DNA of 64,000 bases from the human T2T-CHM13v2.0 reference genome, Homo sapiens. The notes under the pieces are model-generated. The model did no database searches and was not told the DNA's origin. It saw only the letters and a list, made by a program, of their open reading frames with translations. Positions 1 through 13,212 of this stretch are shown here, piece after piece. Position numbers and translations under genes: made by a program. Position 1 is the stretch's first letter. Each line of letters begins with the position of its first letter. The stretch is taken from the NCBI RefSeq assembly GCF_009914755.1, contig NC_060926.1. The stretch is one strand, 5' to 3'.

Positions 1-444
1 ATTTTTCTAATTATAAAACCAATATAAGTTTATGGAAAAAATTTGGAAAATATGAGAAGTATTCTACAACATTAAAATTATCACTAGCTCTACTCTCTGA
101 TATTTTAATGCATTTCTTTCCAGTTGCAAAGGCTTCCACACACAACTGCAGTAGGGAGGGCGCAGGAAGTGGGTCAACGCTTTTGGAGGACTGGGTGAAG
201 TTCAGGATCCTGAGGCCCTACTTTTTGGTCGCCCAGGTGAGACGTTTCAAGGCTGGACCTAGGGGAGACCTCTGTTCTGTGCATTTTTTCATCCAGAGGA
301 GGATGCTTAGACCACATTCTTCCCATAGTTTCAGTCCTCAAGTTCTGCAAGTTTTTATAAGCAGCTGCAATGGTCTTTAGTCCAAGGTCTTCATAAGCAG
401 TTGCAATTGCCCCAGAGGTAGGGGAAAGCTAAATCAATATTTAA

Positions 445-834
<390 letters not shown>

Positions 835-835
835 T

Positions 836-1215
836 AATATAATAGTTGTACATATTTAGTGGGATACATGCAATATTTTGATAGCTGTATACAAGGTTTA
901 ATGACCAAATCAGTAACTGGTATACCCATCATTTCAAACATTTATCTTTGCTTTGAGAGAATTACAAATCTTTTCTTCTAGCTATTTTGAAATATAAATA
1001 AATTATTGTTAGCTCTAATTTACCTACTGTACTATCAAATACTAGAACTCATTCCATTTCTCTAAATGTATTTTTGTACCCCTTAACTTACTTCTCTTCA
1101 TCCCTCCTCCACCCTTCCCTTCCTAGCCTCTGGTATCCACCCTTTTGCTCTCTACCTCCATGAGATCCACTTTTTAGCTTTCACGTATGAGTGAGAACAT
1201 GCAATATTTGTCTAT
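836..1215 (-). mobile_element. Old L1 (L1MA-type) 3' end fragment
   Basis: aatagttgtacatattt...gctattttgaaatata...tatgagtgagaacatgcaatatttgtct resembles the L1MA 3'UTR, antisense. Confidence 0.75.
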
Positions 1216-1274
1216 TTGGCATTACTAAAAGCCCCTGTCTTACAATGGGAGAAATGCTTTGGCAGAAAAAGCAC

Positions 1275-1355
1275 AGAGCTGAGATTCAGGGGTCCTGGGT
1301 TCCTCCTACCCCATACTTGGTTGTGTGATCTTGGGCAAATTGTATCCTTTCTGGA
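1275..1355. mobile_element. MIR fragment
   Basis: cctgggttcc...tgtgtgatcttgggcaaatt, MIR core-like. Confidence 0.5.
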
Positions 1356-2021
1356 GATGGGGATTGGGGCAGCAGGGAGAAACTAAGTCAATGGCTTTTG
1401 CGTGGGAATGGGAGGACAGCTGCACAGTATAATCACCTTGGGAGCTTTTTCCAAATTGAAAAGACAAGATCTGTAAAAATTCTCCCTAGTCAAGCCCTTT
1501 GTGACTCACTAGGGATGTAGAGGGAGTGAAGAGGGTTGGTAGCAGCAGGTGGGGGCATGGCTGTGGGGACCAGGAGGCCACAAGCTTCAGGGGAGGAGGC
1601 TCTTTCTTCTGTTTCTGTTGAGCAGCTGTGTCACCCAGGCAACATTCAGCACCAGCCATCTGAGAGATCACCGCAGTTGGGGAGAGGGGGTAGGGGAGAA
1701 AAAGAGCAAAGATGCTGCTATGAACCAATTAGGTGGGGAAAAAAAGCCAACTCTTACTCTGTCTTCTGTTGCTGTGCTATGTTTTGCCTAGAGACATTGA
1801 CCATGAAGGAAGAAAGGCGTCCTTTTCTTTTTCCTCTGGCTTTAGTGTCCATCAAGACAAATTATTTCTCTATTCTAGTTTTTTAATTTTCTAGAAAGGA
1901 AGGAAAGCCTGTCTCTGGAGTTAGATTATTACTGTTCTTATCATTTCCCTGTGCTCTTCTAACTTTTTTAGTTATCCATCTTCTTTCCCTCTTCAATAGA
2001 GTTGGCAGGACCTAAGTTGTA

Positions 2022-2113
2022 GGGACCCTCCATAGTAAGCCAGAAAAAAACCTACTGATAGCACATGGGGACCCTCCATAGTAAACCAAATAAAAACCCA
2101 TTGATAGCATGTG
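2022..2113. repeat. 46-bp tandem duplication (2 diverged copies)
   Basis: gggaccctccatagtaa starts at both 2022 and 2068; each unit ends tgatagca(c/t)(a/g)tg. Confidence 0.9.
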
Positions 2114-2859
2114 AGATGCAAGAAAACCAGGAACAAATGCACCTTTTCCCACATTATTTTGGGGCCCTGTTATAAAAGTCTAGACCAGTTTGGGTTTAGC
2201 AGTTAGTTTTCCACTCAAAAAATATGAAATGCATTCTATGTTCTTGCAAGACATAACCCTGTTACTTCCACTAAAATAAGACTGTGTTAAATAACTTTAC
2301 CATGTAGGAGGTTGGTAAAGAGGGGGAAAAGCTTTTGGAACTTGTCACAGTTACTTGGGTTAAATGCAGGAAAGAATAACTGAGGAAATAGAGCTTAAAG
2401 ATTATTTTGATTTTCATGAGCATTTACACTTTTTCTTCTCTGAATGAGAAGAGTTTTTATTCTTTGGCCTCCTCAATAAGAAATTGGGCACCTAGTGGCT
2501 GCTTAGTAATATTTATATCCTGAAGTTTTATATTTAAATCAGAAATCTTTGATGTAGTTACTCAATTATGCCTCATGCAATTGAAAAGCCCCAAACCAGC
2601 AATTGGCAGCAACACTTGTACAGATTTGGACATCAAATTGTGATGGAAACCTGTGAGTGACTTCAAGCTCACTGTGAGCCAAGGTGTCAAGGCAACATGA
2701 ATGGGTCCAGTGGATAAATAAATGAATGAGTCCTAACTTTGGATTCAGCAGAGTATTGACTTGAAAACTGCATTACTAAATCCTTTATCAGGTTACAGCA
2801 TCAGATAGTCCAAAAACATGGAGGAGGTGTAATTAATCAAAGAACAGTCAATAGAGTAC

Positions 2860-3020
2860 TGGGACTCCAAGCCTATGTGAACCTGAGCAGGTTATCCATT
2901 TTTCTGGAGACTTTTACACTTCCTATAAAGTGGTAATACTTACATTAAGAATTGTCCTGAAGGTAAAATGATATGACCAATCTTCTGCATTTAGCATCAA
3001 GGCTGGTCAATGAATGCTTA
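2860..3020. mobile_element. MIR fragment
   Basis: tatgtgaacctgagcaggttat...tataaagtggtaatacttac...gaattgtcctgaaggtaaaatg. Confidence 0.5.
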
Positions 3021-5168
3021 AGCAAGGTGACTATTATTACTGCTGTTGCTGTTACTGATATCAGTGCAGCTGACATTCCGTATTCCCAAAGTAGTTACTA
3101 ATCATGATAGACTTACTTCAGAGAACTGTAAGAGCTTCAAGGCTTCCAAGGGTGATACAGTTTTCACCCTGCATTTTCATCTACAAACGCAACCCCTCCA
3201 CAGACTTCTAAAAACCAAATTCAAGTAAGTCGCAGATGCTGTGCTTTCCAGCAGGATAATGTCAAGTAGGTATTGACTTCTGAGTCTGTGTGAGTACATT
3301 ATGGCATGCCTAAACCCCTCATTTTTATCATTTTATTTTACAGGGTGAGAGCTGAATGTAGGCTCCAACAGGAAGACGGCATTGAAGCCTGGTTGCTTGT
3401 TACTACTCAGAATGCCATCTACAAAAGGAAATTATGTAAAAAGCAATAAAGAACCCCTTTTGTTCTTGCAGGAGTCAGTGTTTCATAACTCTTTCTGTGA
3501 TATCGTCTGTATAAGTTGAACCTCTAAAGTAAGTTTTTGTCTTTTTCCTTTTTGTTTATTTTATTTGTTTGGGTGTTTTGACTTAAGAAAACTTGCCTTT
3601 TTGATTATTATCACCACATGTTGGATGGTTAGGGGTCTCTTGGTCATTAATAAACTTTACTTTAGTCACATCTGTAGTTAATTGGAATGGACACATGGTT
3701 GTTCTTATAAATTTCAAATACATTTAAGAGAAATGAATAAGAAATCTACTTCAAGTATCCGTATTAGTTCTTCAAGGTACCCTGGGAAAAATATTTTTAT
3801 TGTAAAGTTCCTTTATAGAATGGCTTAAAAAGCTTTTAGTTGCTTCACATTTGGCCTGGAATAGACTTTTGCTCAAGCTAGATTTGCATTTATGTCATAA
3901 ATTAGAAATTTGCATTTATGTCGTTGGGTTTAGGAACCTTATCTAAGTTGCCACGACCTTACTCATTACCCTCAAGAAAGATGAACAATTTAAAGGGGGA
4001 AAAAAGGAAGTGAAAAAAATGGCGGATACGAGGCAGAACTAACCTGCAGCTTCCACTCGAAGGGACAGAGCAGAGTGTGGAGACCCACAACTGGAACTTT
4101 TTCTCCAAGAACTACCACAGGAACATACCAAGAAAGCCAAGAGAATCCACAGAACCTTTGGAGGAAGTGGTTTGTCACTGCAGGCTCTGTGGGACAGCTG
4201 AGGAACTGTGAGTCTGTTTGCTTTCTCAGTTGGGAGGCTTGTAGCCAGCTGGGAGGCTTGTAGCCTGGGGCAAGTTCTCAGCCCTGCTCACCAGCTGCTT
4301 GGAGATAAACTTGGGGTCTGGGGGACTGAGACCAGCCTTTTGGGCTGCGGGCTCTGGCAGAGTGGGGTGGGGGGCGGGCGGGGGAGGCATGGGGACTGAG
4401 ACCAGCCTCTTTTGGGCTGCGGGCTTTGAGGGAGCTGGGTAAGTCCTGTGGCTGCCCGCTTTCTCCCACTTCCCTGGTGACCTGTGTGAGCAGTAGAGGC
4501 AGCCATAATCCCTTGGGAGCATAACTCCATTGGCCTAGGAACCACCCCCATCCCCCACAGCAGCCACAGCAAGCCCTGCCTGAGGAGAGTCTGAGCTCAG
4601 ACATGCCTATCCCTGCCTGCACCTGGTGGTCTTTCCCTACCCACCCTGGTAGTCAAAACAAAGGTCATAATCTCTCGGGAGCTCTATGGCTCTGCCCACT
4701 GCCTGAGAAACTTGAATACTTATCCAAAGGCGACCCTAGGACAAGCTTGTATCCTCCCTATATGACCACCACTAAAGCGCTCTTAAAAGTGCCACCTCCT
4801 GGCTGGAGGCCAACCAACACAAAACCAGCACACTTAACAAAAATACAACAAAGGACCCTCACAGAGTCCACTTCACTCCCTAGCTACTTCCACCAGAGTG
4901 GGTGCTGGTATCCACAGCTGAGAGACCTAAAGACAGACCACAGCACAGAACTCTTTGCAGACACATCCCAGTACTAGCCCAGAGCCTGGTAGCTCCGCCG
5001 GGTGGCTAGACCGAGAAGAGAAATGACAATCACAGCAGTTTTGCTCTCAGGAAGCCCCATCCCTAGGGGGAAAGAGAGAGCACCACATCAAGGGAGCACC
5101 CCCGGGACAAAAGAATCCAAACAGCAGCCCTTGAGTCCCAGGTCTTTCCTCTGACATAGTCTACCCAA

Positions 5169-6150
5169 ATGAGAAGGAACCAGAAAAACAATTCTGGTAA
5201 TATGACAAAATGAGGTTCTTTAACTCCAAAAGATCGCACTAGCTCACCAACAATGGATCCAAACCAAGATGAAATCTCTGAATTGCCAGAAAAAAATTCA
5301 GAAGGTTGATTATTAAGCCAATCAAGGAGGCACCAGAGAAAGGGGAAGTCCAACATAAAGAGAAAAAAAAATGATACAGGATATGAATGGCAAAATGTCT
5401 AGGGAAATAGATAGCATAAATAAAAAACAGTCACAACTTCTGGAAACCAAGGACACACTTAGAGAAATGCAAAATGAACTGGAAAGTCTCAGCAATAGAA
5501 TTGAACAAGTAGAAGAAAGAACTTCAGAGTTTGAAGACAAGGCTTTTGAATTAACTCAATCCAACAAAGACCCCCCAAAAATGTTTTTAAATGAACAAAG
5601 CCTCCAAGAAGTTTAGGATTATGTAAAATGATAAAACCTAAGAGTAATTAATGTTCCTGAGGAAGAATAGAAATGTAAAAGTTTGGAAAATATATTTGAG
5701 GGAATAATTGAGGAAAACTTCCCTGGCCTTGCTAGAGATCTAGACATTCAAATACAAGAAGTTCAAAGAACAACTAGGAAATTCGTCACAAAAAGATCAT
5801 CACTTATGTACATAGTCATCAGGTTATCTAAAATCAAGATGAAGGAAAGAATCTTAAGAGCTATGAGGCAAAAGCATCAGGTAACCTATAAAGGAAAACC
5901 TATCAGATTAACAGCAGATTTCTCAGCAGAAACCCTACAAGATAGAAGGGATTGAGGTATTATATTTAGCCTCCTTAAACAAAACAATTATCAGCTAAGA
6001 ATTTTGTATCCAGCAAAACTAAGCTTCAGAAATGAAGAACATATACAGTCTTTTTCAGACAAAAGCTGAGAAAATCTGCCACTACCAAGCCATCACTACA
6101 AGAACTGCTTAAAGGAGCTCTAAATCCTAAAACAAATCCTCATAATACAC
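5169..6150 (+). pseudogene. L1PB1 ORF1p remnant (stops and frameshifts)
   Basis: ATG 5169 (MRRNQK); fragments 5371-5616 (coiled coil) and 5683-5955 (ENFPGLARD...KGKPIRLTADFSAETLQ). Confidence 0.85.
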
Positions 6151-7830
6151 CAAGATAGAATCTCCTTAGAGCATAAATTTTGCAGGCCCTATAAAACAAT
6201 AATACAATGAAAAAAAAGGTATTCAGGCAACAGATAGCACAATGAATAGAATAGTACCTCACATCTCAATACTAATGTTGAATGTAAATGGCCTAAATGC
6301 TCCACTTAAAAGATATAGAATGGATAAGAACTCACCAACCAAGTGACTGCTGTCTTTAAGAGACTCACCTGACACATAAGGACTCATATAAATTTAAGGT
6401 AAATGGGTGGAAAAAGATGCTCCATGCAAATGGACACCCAAACTAAGCAGGAGTAGCTATTCTTATATCAGACACAACAAACTTTAAAGCAACAGCATTT
6501 TAAAAAGACAGAGGGACATTGTATAACGATAAAAGGACTAGTCCAACAGGAAAATATCACCATCCTAAGTATATATGCACTTAACAGTGGAGCTCCCAAA
6601 TTTATAAAACAATTATTATTAGACCAAATAAATGAGGTAGACAGCAACAAAATAATAGTGGGGGACCCCAATACTCCACTGACAGCACTAGACAGGTCAA
6701 GACAGAAAGTCAACAAGGAAACAATGGACTAAAACTATACCCTAGAACAAATGGACTTAACAGATATTTACAGAACATTCTACCCAACAATTGGAGAATG
6801 TACATTCTATTTATCAGCACATAAAATATTCTCCAGGATAGACCATATGATAGGCCACAAAACAAGTCCCAAAAAATTTAAGAAAATTGAAATTATATCA
6901 ACTACTCTCTTAGACCACAGTGTAATAAATTGGAAATTAACTCCAAAAGGAACCCTCAAAACCATGCAAATACATGGAAATTAAATAATCTGCTCCTGAA
7001 TGATCATTGGTAATCAATATGGAAATTTAAAAATTCTTTTAACTGAATGATAATAGTGACAAAACCTATCAAAACCTCTGGGATACAGCAAAAGCAGTGC
7101 TAAGAGGAAAGTTCATAGCATTAGATGCCTACATCAAGAAGTCTGAAAGAGTACAAATAGACAATCTAAGGTCACACCTCAAGGAACTAGAGAAACAAGA
7201 ACAAACCAAATCCAAATACAGCAGCAGAAAAAAAAAAAAAAAAAACAAGATCAGAGCGGAACTAAATGAAATTGAAACAAACAAACAAAAAATACAAAAG
7301 ATAAATGAAACAAAAAGCTGGTTGTTTGAAAAGATAAATAAAATTGATAGACCATTAGTGAGATTAACCAAGAAAAGATCCAAATAAGCTCAATTAGAAG
7401 TGAAACAGTAGATATTACAATTGATACCACAAAAATACAAAAGATCATTCAAGGCTACTATGAACACCATTATGTACATAAATTAGAAAACCTAGAGGAG
7501 ACGGATAAATTCCTGGAAATACACAACCCTCCTAGATTAAACCAGGAAGAATTAGAAACTCTAAAGAGACCAATAACAAGCAGTGAGATTGAAATGGTAA
7601 TTTAAAAGTTACCAACAAAAAAAAGTCCAGGACCAGTCAATTCACAGCTGAATTCTATAAGACATTCAAAGAAGAATTGGTACCAATCCTACTGACAGTA
7701 TTCCAAAAGATAGAGGAAGAGGAAATCCTCACTAAATCTCTCTATGAAGCCAATATCACCCAAATACCAAAACCAGGAAAGGACACGACAAAAAAGGAAA
7801 GCTACAGGCCAATATCCCTAATGCACATAG

Positions 7831-7986
<156 letters not shown>

Positions 7987-9414
7987 TGATCATCTCAGTA
8001 GTTGCAGAACCAGCATTTGACAAAATCCAGCATTGCTTTATGATTAAAACCTCATCAAAATTGGCATAGAAGGAACATACCTTAAGGTAATAAAAGCCAC
8101 CTATGACAAACCCACTGCCAACACTATACTGAGCAGGGAAAAGTTGAAAGCATTCCCCCTGAGAACTGGAACAAGACAAGGATACCCACTTTCACCACCT
8201 CTATTCAACATAGTACTCTCGAAGTCCTAGCCAGAGCATTCAGACAAGGGAAAGAAATAAGGGGCATCCAAATTGGTGATGAGGAAGTCAAACTGTCACT
8301 GTTTGCTGATGACATGATTGTATATTTAGAAAACCCTGAAGACTCCTCCAGAAAGCTACTAGAACTGGTAAATGAATCCAGCAAAGTTTCAGAATACATA
8401 ATTAATGTACACAAATCAGTAGCTTTGCTATATACCACCAGCAACCAGGCTGAGAATCAAATCAAGAACTCCATCTCTTTTAGAATACATGCAAAAAATA
8501 ATAATAAAATACTTAGGAATATACTTAACCAAGGAGGTGAAAGACCTCTACAAGGAAAACTTCAAAACACTGCTGAACGAAATCATAGACAACACAAACA
8601 AATGGAAACACATTTTATGCTGATGGATGGGTAGAATCAATATTATGAAAATGACCCTCCTGTCAAAGGCAATCTACAAATTCAATGCAATTCCCACCAA
8701 AATACCACCATAATTCTTCACAGAACTAGAAAAACAATCCTAAAACTCATATGGAACCAAAAAAGAGCCCACATCGCCAAAGCAACACTCATCAAAAAGA
8801 ACAACTCTAGAGGCATTACATTACCCGACTTCAAACTATACTACAAGGCCATAGCCACCAAAACAGCTTGGTAGTGGTATAAAAATGGCATACAGACCAA
8901 TGGAACAGAATAGAGAACCCAGAAAAGAAAAAAGCCAAATACTTACAGTCAACTGATCTTTGACAAAGCAAAGAAAAACATGGGGGAAAGGACACCGTAG
9001 TCGACACATGGTGCTGGGATAATTGGCAAGCCACAGGTAAAAGAATGAAACTGGGTCCTCATCTCTCATCCTATACCAAAATCAACTCAAGATGGATTGA
9101 AGACTTAAATCTAAGACCTGAAACCATATACGTTCTAGAAGATAACATTGGAAAAACCCTTCTAGACACGGGCTTAGAGAACCCAAAAGCAAATGAAACA
9201 AAAACAAAGATAAATAGGTGGAACTTAATTAAATTCAAAAGCTTCTGCACAGCAAAAGAAACAATCAGCAGAGTAAACAGACAACCCACAGAGTGGGAGA
9301 AAATCTTCACCATCTGTACATCCAACAAAGAACTAATATCCAGAATCTACAAGGAACTCAAGCAAATCAGCAAGAACAAAACAAAGCATGCCATCAAAAA
9401 GTGAGCCAAGTACA

Positions 9415-9948
9415 TTGACCCAGCCATCCCATTACTGGGTATATACCCAAAGGATTATAAATCATGCTGCTATAAAGACACATGCACATGTATGTTTATT
9501 GTGGCACTATTCACAATAGCAAAGACTTGGAACCAACCCAGATGTCTATCAATGATAGACTGGATTAAGAAAATGTGGCACATATACACCATGGAATACT
9601 ATGCAGCCATAAAAAATGATGAGTTCATGTCCTTTGTAGGGACATGGATGAAGCTGGAAACCACCATTCTCAGCAAACTATTGCAAGGACAAAAAACCAA
9701 ACACCGCATGTTCTCACTCATAGGTGGGAATTGAACAATGAGAACACTTGGACACAGGAAGGGGAACATCACACACCCGGGCCTGTTGTGGGGTGGGGGG
9801 AGTGGGAGGGATAGTGTTAGGAGATATACCTAGTGTAAATGATGAATTAATGGGTGCAGCACACCAGCATGGCACATGTATACATATGTAACAAACCTGC
9901 ACATTGTGCACGTGTACCCTAAAACTTCAAGTATAATTAAAAAAAAAA
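9415..9948 (+). mobile_element. 5'-truncated L1PA4/PA5 3' end nested in L1PB1 ORF2
   Basis: ttgacccagccatcccattactggg...MFSLIGGN, then L1PA 3'UTR and poly-A; host L1PB1 resumes at gacaattttcaaaagaag. Confidence 0.9.
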
Positions 9949-10393
9949 GAAAAAGACAATTTTCAAAAGAAGATATATAAATGGCCAACAAACATATGGA
10001 AAAATGCTCAACATCACTAATCATCAGGGAAATGCAAATCAAAACCACAATGTGATGTCACCTCACTCCTGCAAGAATGGCCATGAAAAGAATAATAATG
10101 ATAGGTGCTGGTGTGGGTGTGGTGAAAAGGAAATACTTCTGTATTGTTGGTGGGAATATAAACTAGTACAACCACTATGAAAATCAGCGTGGAGATTAAA
10201 GAACTAAAAGTAGATCTACCATTTGATTCACCAATTCCACTCCTGGGTATCTACTCAGAGGAAAAGACGTCATTATATGAAAAAGATACGTGCACATGCA
10301 TGTTTATAGCAGCACAATTCGCAATTGCAAAAATGTGGAACCAGCCCAAATGCCCATCTGCCCATCAATCAAAGAGTGGATAAAGAAATTGTG

Positions 10394-10401
<8 letters not shown>

Positions 10402-10447
<46 letters not shown>
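10402..10447. repeat. (CA)n microsatellite inside the L1PB1 3' end
   Basis: About 23 AC units following a short (AT)n. Confidence 0.97.
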
Positions 10448-10448
<1 letters not shown>

Positions 10449-11056
10449 ATGGAATACTACTCAGTCATAAAAAGGAACAAAATAATGGCATTTGCAGCAA
10501 CCTGGATAGAGTTGAAGACCATTATTCTAAGTGAAGTGACTCAGGAATGGAAAATCAAACATCGTTGTGTCCTCACTCATAAGTGGGGGCTAAGCTAGGA
10601 GGGCACAAAGGCCTAAGAATGATACAGTGGACTTTGGGGCCTTGGGGAAAAGGGTGGGAGGAGGGTGAGGGATAAAAGAGTATACACTGGATACGGTGTA
10701 CACTTCTCCGGTGATGGGTGTTTCAAAATCTCAGAAAGCACCACTAAATAACTTGTTTATGTAACCAAACACCACCTGTTCCCCAAAAACCTATTGAAAT
10801 AAAACAATAAAAATAATTTTTTAAGTGAAGGGTAAAAAGACAATTAGGTCCCAAAGTAGAGAGAATCTGATAAAAAAATTTTGCCCAGTTTTTTGTCACC
10901 CAACATTCAAGTTTCCATGAAAGAAATCAGCTCTGCTGAATTAACACTGGAGACATATTTCATGACGTCCTTTAACCATCTCTCACCAGATAAGATGAGG
11001 ATTCGATAAGCAAGAGAAATGTTTTTTAGGACTGTTTTGACTTCGTGTTTGTGTAT

Positions 11057-11087
11057 TTAAACAAAACAAAACAAAACAAAACAAAAC
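11057..11087. repeat. (AAAAC)n
   Basis: aaacaaaacaaaacaaaac... Confidence 0.9.
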
Positions 11088-11395
11088 ATCACTAATCTAT
11101 CAGACCAAGGTGGGTTTTGCCATTAGGAAATGACGGTCTGAGCCATGTTGGGTTGAGAGAGCAGATTGGGTGGTGTGGCTTGTTCCCGCTGATCACCAAC
11201 AAACATGCTTCTCCCAAGGTTAGAGGGCAACCACAAAGCCATTAAAGGCCACTCCTCTAGAGCCAACTGCCATGGCTTATGCAGCTATCCCCCCTGCTAT
11301 CTCTCCAGGGTCACAAAGAAAAGGAAACAGGAATTCTGACCTGACCTCCACAAATGCTCAAATGCCATCACCTGCTATTTTGACACCAATTTGTC

Positions 11396-11573
11396 AAGTA
11401 GTTCTCAACCTAAAAGTGCATCACAATTGCCTGGGTTGCACTTTATAAAGGAGATTCAGAATAGGTTTTGACTGAGCAAGTCTGGGGTAGGGCCTAGAAG
11501 TCTGCAATTTTAGTAACAACCAGGAATAGTGTTGATGCATGTGGTATCTGAACTAGACTTTTGGAAACATCAG
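11396..11573. mobile_element. MER5-family hAT-Charlie MITE
   Basis: agtagttctcaacc...ctggggtagggcctagaagtctgcaatttt...actttggaaacatc. Confidence 0.65.
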
Positions 11574-11580
11574 CCCAGCA

Positions 11581-11771
11581 CAGTGGTTCACAAACCTGAA
11601 CATGCATCAGAACCACTTGACTGGCTTGTTAAAAACCCAGATTACTGAGTCCAATCTCCAGAGTTTCTCATTCAGTAGGTCAGAGGTAGGGCCCAGGAAT
11701 TTGCATTTCTAGCAAGTTCCCAGGTGATCTTGCTGCTGCTGCTGACAGGGGCCATGCTTTGAGAACCAATG
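11581..11771. mobile_element. MER5A hAT-Charlie MITE
   Basis: TIRs cagtggttc / gagaaccaatg; internal gagtttctcattcagtaggtc...gaatttgcatttctagcaagttcccaggtgat. Confidence 0.85.
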
Positions 11772-12304
11772 TCCTACTAAAACCCAGAAAGAATGCCTCT
11801 TTAAAGCACTGTCGACTAAGAAGGTGGGATACTCCTTGAGAAAAGAAAAAAGCAAATGGACACTTACTGAGTATCTGCTAGGAGAAGGTAACTGGAACAG
11901 TGAAATCATATTTATTTTCCTGGTCACTATTTTTTTAATGTTTTTTACAAATGAGAAATCCAAAGGTTGGACCAGTTATGTGACATCTTTAAAGGTCACA
12001 TAGCCAACTAAAATGTTTTAAACTATTTTTTTCTTTGAGTTTTTGTAGTTGTACATGCAGCAATTTCAGGTAGCTTTTTGCCCAGTGAGGTTGCTTTTTA
12101 TTGCTTCCCAACTCAGCCTAGACTTACCTAGTTTTGCCCTGTGGAAGGAAAATGGCATTCCTGCCACACATTCTGTCTGATAGAGGAACATCTCTTCTGG
12201 AAAGACGGCTGGATTTCCTCGCTTACATTTACCATTGCAGGGGCCAAGAAGTTTATCCAGAAGGAGAAACCATCATACAATTAGCAAGTCAAGTCATAAG
12301 GCAC

Positions 12305-12790
12305 TGATTTCATTTGTTTATTTATTTATTCATTTTTTAGTTCAGTTAAATATTTACTGAGAACAACTGTATTTGCTGGGTATTGTGCAAGGCACTAATA
12401 ATAACAGAAAGACTCCTGGAGTGAAGCCAGGAAATCAGAACTGTGTGCTGTCTTCTCCATGTGCAAGCTTTGCTCCTGGGTAAGTCCCTTCAGCTTTTGG
12501 GGTGTCAATCATCTCCCTATTAGCAAATGCAGGGAGGGAGATGAGCCTTGGTGATTTCCAAGGCTCCTTTATTTTTGTACACTCCTGAGTTTATAGTTCA
12601 ACTCTCACAATGTACCTAACCTTTGTGCTGTGGAGTGAGTGTGTGGAAGGAAAGCTTGGGGGATGTAGAAAGAACAAGAGGCAGAAGGAAGAGTCCTTGT
12701 CTTTGGAAACAGAGAAGATCAAAATATGCACATATGACATCACTGGAGAAACTTACAATTCAGCATCTAACCCCAAAGGAGCTCAGGTAG
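12305..12790. mobile_element. L2 3' fragments with an intervening MIR-like piece
   Basis: catttgtttatttatttattcatt...aaatatttactgagaacaactg...gggtattgtgcaaggcac (L2 tail); MIR-like at ~12410-12590. Confidence 0.5.
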
Positions 12791-13020
12791 TACAGCTTCT
12801 TATGGGAGGAGCGGTCAAGGATGGGGGAATATAAATGAGGGAGTGAGGAATGGTGAGGGGTGGACTAAAGGAATGGAGAGAGGAGTGAATTCAGCAAATG
12901 TGACCTCAGAAGCAGAAACTTTTCTGATTTCACTCCCCTTCACAGGCCAGCGTCCTCTTTCCTGTGTTGGTCACATCCTCAAATGCCTTTGGGGCTGGAT
13001 GAACAGTCGGCTTGTGGGTA

Positions 13021-13212
13021 AGTATGCCAGGTTTAGCACATAAAAATATAGGAAGCCCAGTGAAATTTGAATTTCAGATCAACAACATAATTTTTTAAAG
13101 GATCAATAAGTCCCAAATATTGCATGGGACATACTTATACTTTAAAATTATGCCTTGTTGATCTGACATTCAAATTTAACTGAGTGTCCTGTATTCTTTT
13201 TTTTCAAAATGG
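13021..13212. mobile_element. MER53 palindromic hAT MITE
   Basis: tgccaggtttagcacataaaaatatagg...aaatttgaatttcagat...gtcccaaatattgcatgggacatacttatac...attcaaatttaactgagtgtcctgtatt; self-complementary arms. Confidence 0.85.

Noticed and set aside
108-428. 90-aa + ORF and an 84-codon stop-free minus frame with a small internal near-repeat (ataagcag(c/t)tgcaat)
   Set aside because: No recognisable protein similarity or good splice sites; this length is expected by chance in 64 kb.
4208-4977. Cluster of overlapping GC-rich ORFs
   Set aside because: Lies in the L1PB1 5'UTR; stop-poor because of base composition.
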